Positions 1-10,560 of a DNA stretch of 64,000 nt are shown piece by piece. The DNA is taken from assembly GCF_964188315.1 (NCBI RefSeq), contig NC_135656.1, positions 3,472,001-3,536,000 on the forward strand, written 5' to 3'. The notes beneath the pieces are model-generated. The model saw only the letters and a list, made by a program, of their open reading frames with translations. It was not told where the DNA came from and made no database searches. Both the position numbers and the translations under genes were made by a program. Source of the stretch: Podarcis muralis. Taxonomy: Eukaryota. Positions within the stretch are counted from its first letter, which is position 1. Every line of letters begins with the position of its first letter.

Positions 1-283
1 ATGCGCAGAAGCGCAAATGTGCCTCCCACACGGATCACGTTCACAACCAGAGGTATGACTGTCTATCTGTCTATCTGTTTATCTGTCTATCTCCTGCCCA
101 TCTAACTGGGTTGCCCTAGCCATTCTGGGCAGCTTCCAACAAATATAAAAACCTTCCAACAAATATAAATACACATTGAAAGAGAACTATATTAAAAGGA
201 TTCATAGATGGTATTTAACTCCAAGTAGATTGGCTAAAAAGTACAGTGTGGAATCGGCTTTGTGTTGGAAATGTAAAGAAGTA

Positions 284-2188
284 TTTTTTTTAAAAATAAT
301 TTTTATTAATTTTCCAAACATGTAATAAAAACAAACAATAAAACAAAAAAAAAACATACAAACAAATAAACATGTATAATTTCATAAACTCATTTTCCTT
401 CACCTTATTTCCCGGACTTCCCCATACCTCCCTTTTTCTGCATCCTTATTTTTCCCTTTTGACAGCAACCCTCCATTTAATTAATTAACACATCTTCATT
501 ATAATTCCCTTAAATTTATGATTTACAGCTGCAATTCTCTGTTTCTTAACACCATAGCATCTCAGCACTCCTCAATGTTACAACAATTTTTAAGGTATAT
601 TTTAAATTTCTTCCAATCTTCTTCCACTGTCTCACTCCCCTGGTCACGGATTCTGCCGGTCATCTCTGCCATTCCCATGTAGTCGATCACCTTCGCTTGC
701 CATTCTTCCAGAGTGGGTAGCTGCTGCGTCTTCCAATACTTTGCCAGAAGAATTCTTGCTGCTGTGGTAGCATACATGAAAAAAGTTCTGTCCTTCCTTG
801 GCACCAATTGGCCCACCATGCCCAGGAGAAAAGCCTCTGGTTTTTTAGAAAATGTCCATTTAAGGACCTTTTTAATTTCATTATAGATCATTTCCCAGTA
901 GGCTTTAATCTTTGGGCAGGTCCACCAAAGGTGATAGAAAGTACCTTCAGTCTCATTACATTTCCAACATTTATTATTGGGCAAATGGTAAATTTTTGCA
1001 AGTTTGACTGGGGTCATATACCACCTATAGATCATTTTCATTATGTTTTCTCTCAAAGCATTACAAGCCGTAAATCTAACACCAGTATTCCATAACCTTT
1101 CCCAGTCATCAAACATAATGTCATGACCTATGTCTTGTGCCCATTTGATCATAACTGATTTTACTGTTTCATCTTGTGTATTCCATTTCAGCAGCAAATT
1201 ATACATTCTTGACAAGTTCTTAGTATTGGATTCTAACAATTCTGTTTCTAATTTCGACCTCTCCATCTGAAAACCTATTTTCCTGTCCTGTTTGAATACC
1301 TCGTTTATCTGAAGGTAGTGCAGCCAATCTCGTACTTTAGACTTTAATTTGTCATAACTCTGTAATTTAACCCTTTCACCATCTTGCTCTAAGATTTCAC
1401 AATATTTTGGCCATTTGGGCTCCATATTAAGTTTTTTTGTCTCTTTAGCTTCCATTGGTGATAGCCACCTGGGAGTTTTACTTTCCAGTAGATCTTTATA
1501 TCTTATCCAAACATTGTATAGTGCTTTCCTGACAATATGGTTTTTAAAACCTTTATGTATTTTTACCTTGTCATACCATATATATGCATGCCAACCAAAT
1601 CTATTGTCATACCCTTCCAGATCCAAAATGTCTGTGTTCTCAAGAAGCAGCCATTGTTTCAGCCAGCAGAACGCTGCCGATTCATAATAAAGTCTCAGGT
1701 CCGGCAGGGCAAACCCCCCTCTATCTTTTGCATCAGTTAAGATCTTAAAGTTTATTCTGGGCTTTTTGCCCTGCCAGACAAATTTTGATATGTCTTTTTG
1801 CCACCTCTTGAAACAGTCCATTTTGTCCAGGATCTGGAGTGTCTGGAATAAAAACAACATTCTAGGCAATACATTCATCTTGATGACAGCAATTCGGCCT
1901 AACAAGGAAAGTCTCAACCTTGACCATATTTCTAGATCTTTCTTCACCTCTGTCCAACATTTGTCATAGTTGTCTTTAAATAAATTCACATTTTTAGAAG
2001 TCAGATTCACACCCAGGTACTTCACCTTTTTTGTTATTACTAAACCTGTTTCACTCTGAAACTTCTCTTTTTCTGCCATTGTTAGATTTTTCTCCAACAC
2101 TTTAGTTTTTTGCTTGTTCAGTTTAAATCCTGCTACTTGACCAAATATCTCAATTAGTTCTAATACTCTTTTGGTACTAGTATCTGGC
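284..2188 (-). mobile_element. Young 5'-truncated L1-clade LINE (ORF2 RT C-terminus and Cys-rich domain)
   Basis: Stop-free ORF 562..2100, open upstream to ~2188, with KYLGVNL, GGFALPDL and CWKCNETEGTFYHLWWTC motifs. Poly-T at 284-291. 18-bp TSD tggaaatgtaaagaagta at 266-283 and 2189-2206. Confidence 0.93.
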
Positions 2189-2672
2189 TGGAAATGTAAA
2201 GAAGTAGAAGGAACTTTTTTTATATGCGGTGGACACGCAAAAATGTAAAAGAATATTGGGAAATGATATATAATGAGATGAAAATGTTCAAAACAACCCC
2301 CCCCCCAAAAAAAACCAGATACTTTTTTGTTAGGAATTAGTCAGACGGAGGTACCCAGGAGTCAGAAAAAATTATTTATGTATGCAAGAACAGCGGCTTG
2401 GATCTCACTAGCCCAGAAATGGAAAGTGAGGTGTTTCCCCAGCAAGGAGGATTGGTAATTTAAGATGTCAGAATATGCAGAATTAGCGGGTCTAACAAGT
2501 CGAGAACAAGAAGAACGAGTATTTAAGGAGGAGTGGAATTTTTTTGTCACGTATATTGAAAATAATTGTGTACAGTTGAAAACGCTGGCAGTATTAAAGA
2601 AAATTCAACAGTATAATAAATACTGAAGTGATGTAAGATAGGAAAACAGAAATAGATGGATGTATCAAAATA

Positions 2673-2906
2673 CAACCGTACCGTGGTTTTCAAACAGAAT
2701 GTGTTCCAGAAGTCCGTTTGACTTCTGAAACATTTGGAAACCAAGGCACGGCTGCCGATTGGCTGCAGGAGTGTCCTGCAGACAATCAGAAGCAGCAGCG
2801 GCCGTTTGGCTTCCAAGGCAAAGTTCGCAAACCGGAATCCGGGTTTACGATGTTCAAGTTCCAAGTTGTTCATGAACAAAGCTGTTTGAAAACCAAGGTA
2901 TGACTG
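2673..2906. mobile_element. Tc1/mariner (Tigger-like) MITE
   Basis: 24-bp TIRs matching 20/24 (caaccgtaccgtggttttcaaaca vs reverse complement cagtcataccttggttttcaaaca), TA on both sides, no ORF. Confidence 0.75.
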
Positions 2907-3061
2907 TATGCATGAATGGTGGGAAAGTTAAATGAACCTAGGGAGGGAAGTCAATCAATGTATGGTATAATAAAAGATGCTTAATTTACAATGTAAAATT
3001 TGAAAAATTAATAAAAATTATTTTAAAAATAAATAAAAACTTAATAAACATCAAACATTAA

Positions 3062-3390
3062 TTGTTGTTTAGTCGTGTCCGACTCTTTGTGACCCCATGG
3101 ACCAGAGCATGCCAGGCACTCCTGTCTTCCACTGCCTCCCGCAGTTTGGTCAAACTCATGCTGGTAGCTTCGAGAACACTATCCAACCATCTCGTCTCCA
3201 ACCATTTCACCCTCTGTCGTCCCCTTCTCCTTGTGCCCTCCATCTTTCCCAACATCAGGGTCTTTTCCAGGGAGTCTTCTCTTCTCATGAGGTGGCCAAA
3301 GTATTGGAGTCTCAGCTTCAGGATCTGTCCTTCCAGTGAGCACTCAGGGCTGATTTCCTTAAGAATGGATGCGTTTGATCTTCTTGCATT
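3062..3390 (-). mobile_element. RTE-BovB LINE 3' fragment
   Basis: EISPECSLEGQILKLRLQYFGHLMRREDSLEKTLMLGKMEG..HGVTKSRTRL with (AAC)n tail. Confidence 0.92.
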
Positions 3391-3519
3391 AATTGTAACA
3401 ACTTGATCTTCTGATACGTTTGATCTTCTTGCATTAATAGTAGCAACCTGATCCAATATAAAAAGTCACAATAACTTTAAAATAAACAACTTATACCAAA
3501 CATTTCCTCAAAGGGAAAT

Positions 3520-4120
3520 GGCTTCATCTGCTCAGTCATTTTGTTCCCCTTTTCTGAACCTCTTCCAACTCTGCAATATATTGTATGAAGTAAGAACTGA
3601 GCGCAGTACTCCAAACGTGGTCACAGCATAGACTTGTATAACTGCATTATTTTCAATTCCCTTCCTAATGATCCCTAGCATGAAGTTTGCTGTTCTCACA
3701 GCTGCTGCACACTGAGCCAATGACTCCAATGTATTGAACTTGGTCAGTCACTGCCAGTTCAGACCCCATAAAACTTTGTGTGAAATTAGGAGGGGGGGTT
3801 TGCCCGATATCCATCACTTTACATTGAATTGCATTTCTCATCTGACCACTTATCTGCTCAGTTTGGAATGGTCCTTTTGGAGCTGTTCACAATCCATTTT
3901 TGTTTTAACAACCCTGGAAAGCATAGTAACATCAGCAAACATGGCCACATCACTGCTCACTCTTAACTCTAGATCATTTATGAACAAGACAAAAAGCCCA
4001 GGTCTGCATCCCTCCATCAGAAGAACTGTCCATTTATGCCTTCTCTTCCTTCCTGTTACTTAATTAGCTCCTGATCCACATGAGGACCTCACCTTTTATT
4101 CCATGACTACTAAGCTTACT
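3520..4120 (-). mobile_element. Degenerate CR1 LINE RT fragment
   Basis: AQCAAAVRTANFMLGIIRKGIEN and a CR1-like HLEYCxQFW remnant, frameshifted. Ends approximate. Confidence 0.7.
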
Positions 4121-6394
4121 TGATGAAGCCAAGAGAGCAGATGTTGTTTCTTCAACGAATGTAGTCATTGGCGGCCAGTCCTATGTTTTTGTTACCCGCA
4201 CAGGTGAGGCCACACCTACCTCTGGTCACATGTAGAGGAAGTCTGTCCCAGCCTAGGAGGAAACAGGAAGTTCCAACTGGCTGGTCCAGACACCCCCTTT
4301 TATGTCCACTCTAGGGATGTTGTACTTGACTGCTCTGTGTTTCTCATCCCACAAGTTCATCCTCCATTGAACAGGTCCTTTCCATGGCATTGCTTTCCTC
4401 CTCCTCAGAGTGATACCTTCCCTCCCCAGATCCATTACTATTCTTGACATGAGGGGAGTTCTTTTCCTGGGAGTGAGGCACAGCATCCTCGAAGGCCTCC
4501 TCCACAAACCTCTCTGCCTGTCTCAGCTTTCTCGGCCTCAAGGAAACGAACTTGCTCCTTTAGAGTAGGAGCTCACTGCACCAAAGACACACCCACAACT
4601 TCTGGCCAACAGGCAGATAGTCATACATGTCAGAGGCAGTGCTGCCGAGTTTCTACCTGCGTAACAGATTTCTTTTTTAACTGCTAGGCTTTTGCTTACA
4701 TCCAGCCGAGGAGAGGCATGGTGGCCCTGCTGCTGAACTTGCTTGGCAGTTTAACTCACTTGGACACTTTTTTAGCTGAGCCAGAGATGATTAATTAGCT
4801 GGGGGCCCTGAATAGGACTACTCTACACTGCAGCATTCCACCCCCACTCCACCATAATGAATGGAGGGTGATGGATCATCATGCCTTCAGTTTGTAACAG
4901 TTCATTCTTACAGGAGAAGAAAAAATACTGTTAAAGGCACAGGACAGCAATCTAATGAAAACAAGAAACCCACCTGAAACCAAAATCATAGCAGTGGAGG
5001 AGTGGCAACAGGAGGGAGTTAGAAGCAGGGACGCGGACTTATAAAAAATATTGGGGGGGCCCGGGAAAGCTCATGAATAATAAATAAGCTCATGAATATG
5101 CAAATAAAGTGGCGCCGCCTCCTCGTGAGCGAATAGGGGAGAGCGTGCTGCGCCTATTAATCAGCTCCAAAGGAAATTGGGTGGAGCTTTTGCTCGGGAG
5201 GGAGGGCAGGAGGCATGCAGCCCGCCCCTCCCTGTGCATTTTGGGCTGGGGGAGGGGCGGCGATGGCGCTCTGCTGGAGGGGCGCCGGAGATTATTGGGG
5301 GGGCGGAGCCCCCCCAAACGAATTTTTGAGGGGGCTCGGGCCCCCTCAAGCCCCATGGAGTCGGCGCCTATGGTTAGAAGTCCATTTTTCGAACTGCAAA
5401 ATGCATATTCAGTGACATGAAAATGCAGCAACACTTCAACAGAGTCCAAAAAGGCAACCTTTACTGCAGTGATAATCATTTGTGTGGTAAATTGGCTTAA
5501 ATACAATTAATGGCTGTACCAGAGTGTAAAATTAACTTCACCCTCTGCTTCACTATACATGATGACCACCAGAGGGTGCCACCTCTACACTATTTCTAGC
5601 CTTTATTCCTCCAGGAATGAAATGTTGCTCTTCCTCCTCCTTTTCCTCCCCTATCCATAGTTGACCTGAATATACCCACTATAGAGGTTTACTTGTAACA
5701 GAAGCCCAGTTGTATTCTAGGTAAAGGGAGCAAGTTCTTCTTAGGGGCCTATTCTTCTTACAAAACTGCTGCTGTGTGGAAGTCAAGTTTGTCTTAACCA
5801 GGAACAGATGCATGCATGAGTAAATATTGGCCACAGAAAAAAGCAGGGTTAACGGGAACCTTGGTGTCAGGTGAAAGGGTATGCCAGGATTAATCTCTCT
5901 CTTAGTTTTATTTTATTTTGACTAGGAGGACGAGTCTCGTAACTTATTAACTTAAACTGATGAAGTAGATGTTCTAGGAGAGATTTGCTTTCACGTGAAC
6001 GGCTGGCATGTCATTTGGAAAGGATAACATTTCACCAGCCATTAAGTTCTGCACAGCAACCCTTTCATGACTGCAGCTGAGCCATCCTGCTCTGTGGCAG
6101 AGGCTCTTCAGCTCTCGTTATCCCTGATCACTGGCTATGCCGGTTGAGGCTGATGGGAGCTGGACCATCAACCCGTGGAGCAGTGCTGTTTTTCTAGGAA
6201 AAGAGGTGCCGGAAACCATCATGAGCACTTCCCTTATTCTCTTAGAAGGGCAATGGCAGCCGTTTCTGTGGCTGAAAAAAGCCCTACCCTGGAGGACCAC
6301 AAAGAAGCCACCCCTGTTTTAGAGCTTCTTTGTCTTGCTGTCCAGTCCTTTCACAAATTATTTAAAAAACAAAAAGGTATTTTTTTTATTTCAG

Positions 6395-6447
6395 CGTGGA
6401 AGGAAAGAGAGGAGAAATGAAGCTGTTCCAGCCGCCGTCTTTTGAAG
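6395..6447 (+). other. Candidate 53-nt exon of an unidentified plus-strand gene
   Basis: Acceptor ttttttttatttcag and donor GAAG|gtaaga. Contains ATG AAG CTG TTC CAG CCG CCG TCT TTT GAA (MKLFQPPSFE). No homolog recognised. Confidence 0.3.
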
Positions 6448-6502
6448 GTAAGAACTTCTTGGTCTTTTCTTCTTTTACAAGTTGCTAAATAAGGATCTGG
6501 GA

Positions 6503-6509
6503 ATTAGGA

Positions 6510-6542
<33 letters not shown>
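6503..6542. repeat. (TG)n microsatellite
   Basis: About 20 perfect TG units. Confidence 0.95.
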
Positions 6543-6547
<5 letters not shown>

Positions 6548-7820
6548 ATTTCTCTTCCCTGCCCCCTCCTCCTCCAAAGATAGGTTGTAGGGTGCGGTGC
6601 GTAAATACACATGCATGTTTGGCTAGGTTGTGCCAACATTTATTGATTTTTAAATGATTCTTGCAGTGGGTTAGGGTTTTTGCGTGCAGTGTATTTACTT
6701 AAGATAAAATATTTGTTAATGTATTTGCTGATACTAGCTAAAGGAAGTTAAAGACGTGTGTGGCTCTTGTACACATTTTGCCAAACAAGCAAAAGTGCAA
6801 AGGCACAATTATCGCGACCTGAATCCTACACAGGAGTAGACCCACCGAAGTTAGGCTTTAGTGGGTCTGCTCTGGAGGAGGCTCTGAAAAACGGCAGGAG
6901 AGCGTGCATTAAGACCTGCGGGGGGGGGGGGGACCTGTACCCCGACAAGCTGGGCTGTTGAGTAGTCTCTCAACCCGGAATTTTCCTTAACAGTGTGGAA
7001 CTTCTAATGGAGCTATCGCCCCACCCCCCAAAATATTGTTCCTTACACTGTTCCTGTGGCTGGCTTTTTGGTTTTTTAAGAAAAGCACATTTTACATCAA
7101 ATTTAGCTGCGGATTAAGATGGGGGAAGGGGTCACTCTCTCCTAAACCTCTCTTGTCCACCACCACCCTTTTCTGGGCACAAGTATTTTAGACAGCCCAC
7201 CCCTGTTTCCTTCCTATGCAGAGTTAAGGTCCAATACGCTGCTATTACCGTTGTTATTATTAGCTTTGCAATGGTCATGGGGGATAATCTGCAGGAAATG
7301 TGTGGTTTACTGTGTTTCTTTTTTAAAAAAAAAATCTATTTGCAAAAGGTTTGTATAGAAAATCAATCAATTGATTAGTAATAGGTCCTCAAAACACCTG
7401 GGGAGGTACTGCTGCTAGAAACTATTCCCCCTCCCCGCCCGCCCCACTTCTAATGCAAACCCCCTTCCTCAATCAAGCTGCGATTTCAGCTAAAAGAGAG
7501 TTGGAGAACTTGGGGGTTTCAGCAGGAAATTCAAGGCAGCCCCCTGCCTGAATGAGACTGGATTCCCCTGCTAAAACGAAGAAGGGGGACTGTTTAGGAG
7601 ACAAACCCGCTTCTGAATCAGGAAGGGGTTTGCTTGGAATCCCGCCCAACTGAGCAGAATTTAAGCCCTGCTCATCGGCTGACGTTGAAAACCAGACATC
7701 GCCCGTCCCTGAGCAGGATGGCACACCGAGACTCCTCACATCTGTTCAAAGGAGGCTGCAAAGTGGGGGGAAATGCTTGTATCATTTCGTGGTCTTGTTT
7801 ATTTCCATGCTCTTTTAGAT

Positions 7821-7908
7821 GTGGCTTCATAGCCGAGAGGGGGATTTGAACCCCGGTGCCTCCCAGGTCCTAGTTTGGCAGTCTAACCACGAGGCCGCAC
7901 TGCCTCTC
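7821..7908 (-). mobile_element. tRNA-derived SINE head
   Basis: Minus strand has an A-box-like ggcctcgtggttaga and B-box ggttcaaatcc, with no cloverleaf 3' end. Confidence 0.6.
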
Positions 7909-8693
7909 CACCTTCCTGCCTGAAGCAGCCCTTAATTGGGGACCTATATTCCTGCTTAAACCAGCTTTCTTTTTAGGACTGTGAACTTCGCTTTGCAACG
8001 CTGGTAGCCGCACCGTACATTTAAGGCGCCCCCACCAAGAATCCTGGGAAATGTAGTTTGTTAAAGGTGCTGGGAACGGCAGCTTTCTCAGGGTTCCAGA
8101 AACCATATTGAGCTCTTTGGGATTTTCAGAGATTTTTTTTGGGGGGGGGGGCTGTTAATAGATGCTGCGGAAATGAATTCTTCTTGTGGATTTTGCGTGT
8201 AGGAGATCCATCCCAGTATATAAGCACTACGGTTTGGGAGGAGGCCAGTTGTTTGGAAAGCACAAGGTTGACAGAAAAAGACACCCAGACTTTTGAGGAC
8301 TGTGGCAGATGAGGACAGAGGGAGACTGCGATTTGGGGAGAATGTATATCTTATTCTAAGTAAAGCTTAATTCCACAGAAACAGAAAAGATGTTTGACTT
8401 TCTAGGATATGGCACTGCTGTTCAGATCGCAAGTTACCCAACCTCACAATTACTTAGGGTCATGCAAACAGACCGATAGCCCATTCTAGTCCAATGCACT
8501 GATGTCCACAAAAACCGGACGGATGATTCAAGGAAGCTTTAAGGCAGGGCATGAAGGCACTTAGCTCTTCCCCCCCCTCCCAGAACTGATATTCCAGGAC
8601 AAACGGTTTTTATATCAGAACATTAATGCGCTATTAGAATTAAAAGAGGGGAAAACCCAGCCGGATGGACGGGGTCTAACTAAATTATTATTA

Positions 8694-8795
8694 CCGTATT
8701 TTTCGCTCAATAGGGTGCACCTAACCATACGGCGCACCTAGTTTTCAGAGGGGGAAATCAAGGAAAAAATATGCCCCCCCCCCCAGCTCTGGGAG
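8694..8795. mobile_element. Tigger/Tc-like MITE remnant at the left edge of the array
   Basis: Begins ccgtatttttcgctc, a Tc1/pogo-type TIR; occupies the place of ~770 bp present in the other units. Confidence 0.45.
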
Positions 8796-9237
8796 CAGCC
8801 AAGTCACAGGGAACCAGGCAGAGGCCTTCTCAGTGGTGGCGCCTTCTTCATGGTGATCCACTACTGCTTTAAGGGAGGTCTTGGAATAAGTAGATTTGTT
8901 GCTGATCCAAAACACCCACCCACCCCACTCACACATGAAAACAAAGACCACCACAGCCAACTACAAAGGAATAACCACACCCTAGGCCAACCCCAACCTC
9001 TCTCACCACCAAAGGAACACAAGCAAACAGCAAAGAACCTGCACAAACAACGCTGACACCAAACCCTACATATAGGAAGTAAAATAGAATAATCGCCTCC
9101 CCACCCCACCCCCACCCATCTCTTTCCCCTTTTCTTCCTAATTTCTTAACAAATGAAAATGATTTGTAAAAGTGTTACATGGGGGGGGGGGACATATGAG
9201 AGAGAGACATTGCACACTTTTGTAAATCAACAAAATC

Positions 9238-9267
9238 TTTAATAAATAAATAAATAAATAAATAAAT
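9238..9267 (-). terminator. Candidate ATTAAA poly(A) signal preceded by an (ATTT)n tract, present in all six full copies
   Basis: Plus-strand tttaat at 9238-9243 followed by (aaat)n, ~140-165 nt downstream of the stop codon. Confidence 0.5.
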
Positions 9268-9291
9268 ACTAGTCCTAAAAAAGAGGCCTCC

Positions 9292-9485
9292 TCACCTGAA
9301 GGACCTCAAAGCCCACCTGAAGTCCCAAAACAAAACTATCAGATCCTGATCCATGGAGATCCATGCGTGTATGGAGCGATCTGTGTGGATCTGCATCTGA
9401 TAGTTTAGTCTTTACGGTTGAAGGGAATCACATGTATAATCGTATGTTTGGGGACATCAGGTGGGCTTTGATGTCCTTCAGGTGA
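9292..9485. repeat. Inverted repeat spanning the claudin stop codon (copy 1)
   Basis: 9292-9332 pairs with 9445-9485 (38/41) and 9333-9353 with 9386-9406 (19/21), 38-nt bulge, 32-nt loop. Same structure at 15169, 19401, 26013, 30107, 37284, 44053, 50175 and 62790. Confidence 0.9.
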
Positions 9486-10511
9486 CCTTTGGGGTGTATG
9501 GCTTTCCTCCATCTCCACTGTGCAGGATTCCTCTGGAATGACAAGATCACTTGCACAGCTTTCCTCCATCTCCACTGCGCAGGATTCCTCTGGAATGACA
9601 AGATCACTTGCACAGCTTTCCTCCATCTCCACTGCGCAGGATTCCTCTGGAATGACAAGATCTTCCGCATGGGTCTTCTCCATCTCCACTGCGGAGGATT
9701 TCTCTTGAATTACCACGTCCAGCAGAGAACCACACTTCGAACAAGTAGTAAGACTCTCGCTTTTCACCCCACTTCCTGGGGTAATCACCACCACAGTTTC
9801 TATTTGAGATGTATCTGTTGCGGTGGTCCTGATGCAACATCTCTCCATCCCAACCAATGCTGCACTCAGCAGCTGGAAACCCGCAGCGATATAGCCTAGA
9901 TAAATAGAAGGTCCAATATGCTGCTCGCTGGGAATTTGAGGCAATTCAAAAGCTTCTGGGAAGACAATTTCCCCATTTTGTAAGACAGCAGACATGTTCC
10001 ATATCACAGAAATCAGGACGAGTATCCCTGCAGGTAAGTTCAGCAGAGCTCCAAGGCTAAAAAAGGTTAACACAAAATCCTTATGTTTTCTGGGCTTGAA
10101 CACGTTGTACAAAGCAAATGAAATTAATCCGAGGGCCGCTGAATTCATGATGGAAGCTAATGCCATTAAATCTTGGGCAATAAAAATTTCCCTTGGGAGG
10201 GTTGGATGTTGCTCATTGAGGTCTTCGCAATGCCAAAAAGCGTTGCCGTCGTTAGAAGGGTCTTTCCAAAAACAGACCTGCCAGATTCCAATCCAGATGT
10301 TCCCAGAGCCGATTCCCTTGATGTTTTCCACACGCCACACTCTCCAGTTGGCAATGGCTATTGAGGCAATGCACATCATCCAGGCCAAAATATCCATCAG
10401 GAATGCACACAACTGGAGACTGGAAACTACACTCAGCCATTTGACCACCAGGTCTTTCACCCGCAGGGGGGGTTTGGAGAGGCGGGGAGCAGGGGAGACC
10501 TTGGCAGACAT
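9405..10511 (-). CDS. CLDN34: Claudin-34-like protein, copy 1 (~368 aa)
   Basis: Four hydrophobic helices and a claudin ECL1 signature WRVW..GIWQVC..C plus LPREIFIAQDL typical of CLDN34. The ORF call extends to 10559, but the extra 16 codons look like an intron polypyrimidine tract. Symbol means family-level likeness. Confidence 0.85.
   Translation of the reverse strand: MSAKVSPAPRLSKPPLRVKDLVVKWLSVVSSLQLCAFLMDILAWMMCIASIAIANWRVWRVENIKGIGSGNIWIGIWQVCFWKDPSNDGNAFWHCEDLNEQHPTLPREIFIAQDLMALASIMNSAALGLISFALYNVFKPRKHKDFVLTFFSLGALLNLPAGILVLISVIWNMSAVLQNGEIVFPEAFELPQIPSEQHIGPSIYLGYIAAGFQLLSAALVGMERCCIRTTATDTSQIETVVVITPGSGVKSESLTTCSKCGSLLDVVIQEKSSAVEMEKTHAEDLVIPEESCAVEMEESCASDLVIPEESCAVEMEESCASDLVIPEESCTVEMEESHTPQRSPEGHQSPPDVPKHTIIHVIPFNRKD
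9503..9710 (-). repeat. 57-bp coding VNTR (19-aa unit EESCAVEMEESCASDLVIP)
   Basis: Three near-perfect units plus one diverged unit in the C-tail; copy 4 has two fewer (114 bp shorter). Confidence 0.93.
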
Positions 10512-10560
10512 CCTGGAAACAAAAGAGAAGACAAGATGCAGTGAGAGAGGGAATAACAAG
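10512..10560 (-). promoter_or_regulatory. Splice acceptor immediately upstream of the MSAK start codon
   Basis: Minus strand tcttgtcttctcttttgtttccag|GATGTCTGCC, conserved in all six copies. Confidence 0.65.

Larger units (their letters stand above)
170..3057 (+). mobile_element. Old L1-clade LINE 3' fragment, interrupted by a younger L1 and a MITE
   Basis: Reads RWYLTPSRLAKK..LCWKCKEV|EGTFF..W across 283/2207, continues with degenerate ORF2 C-terminus (2207-2600) and an A-rich tail near 3000-3057. Boundaries approximate. Confidence 0.7.

Noticed and set aside
4160-4830. Possible LTR or acidic ORF remnant
   Set aside because: No paired termini, TSD or recognisable protein motif.
5026-5506. 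GC-rich ORFs and a possible CpG-island gene
   Set aside because: Low-complexity translations; the sequence resembles a GC-rich non-autonomous DNA-transposon remnant, but I could not match its termini well enough to call it.
7821-7908. tRNA gene
   Set aside because: A and B boxes are present but there is no complete cloverleaf; consistent with a SINE head.
9339-9407. Hairpin-stimulated stop-codon readthrough adding 21 aa
   Set aside because: The stop is UAA followed by A, the least leaky context, and the stem begins within the stop codon rather than a few nt downstream.
10512-10559. N-terminal MLFPLSLHLVFSFVSR as a signal peptide
   Set aside because: It is a polypyrimidine tract ending in cag, and claudins lack cleaved signal peptides.
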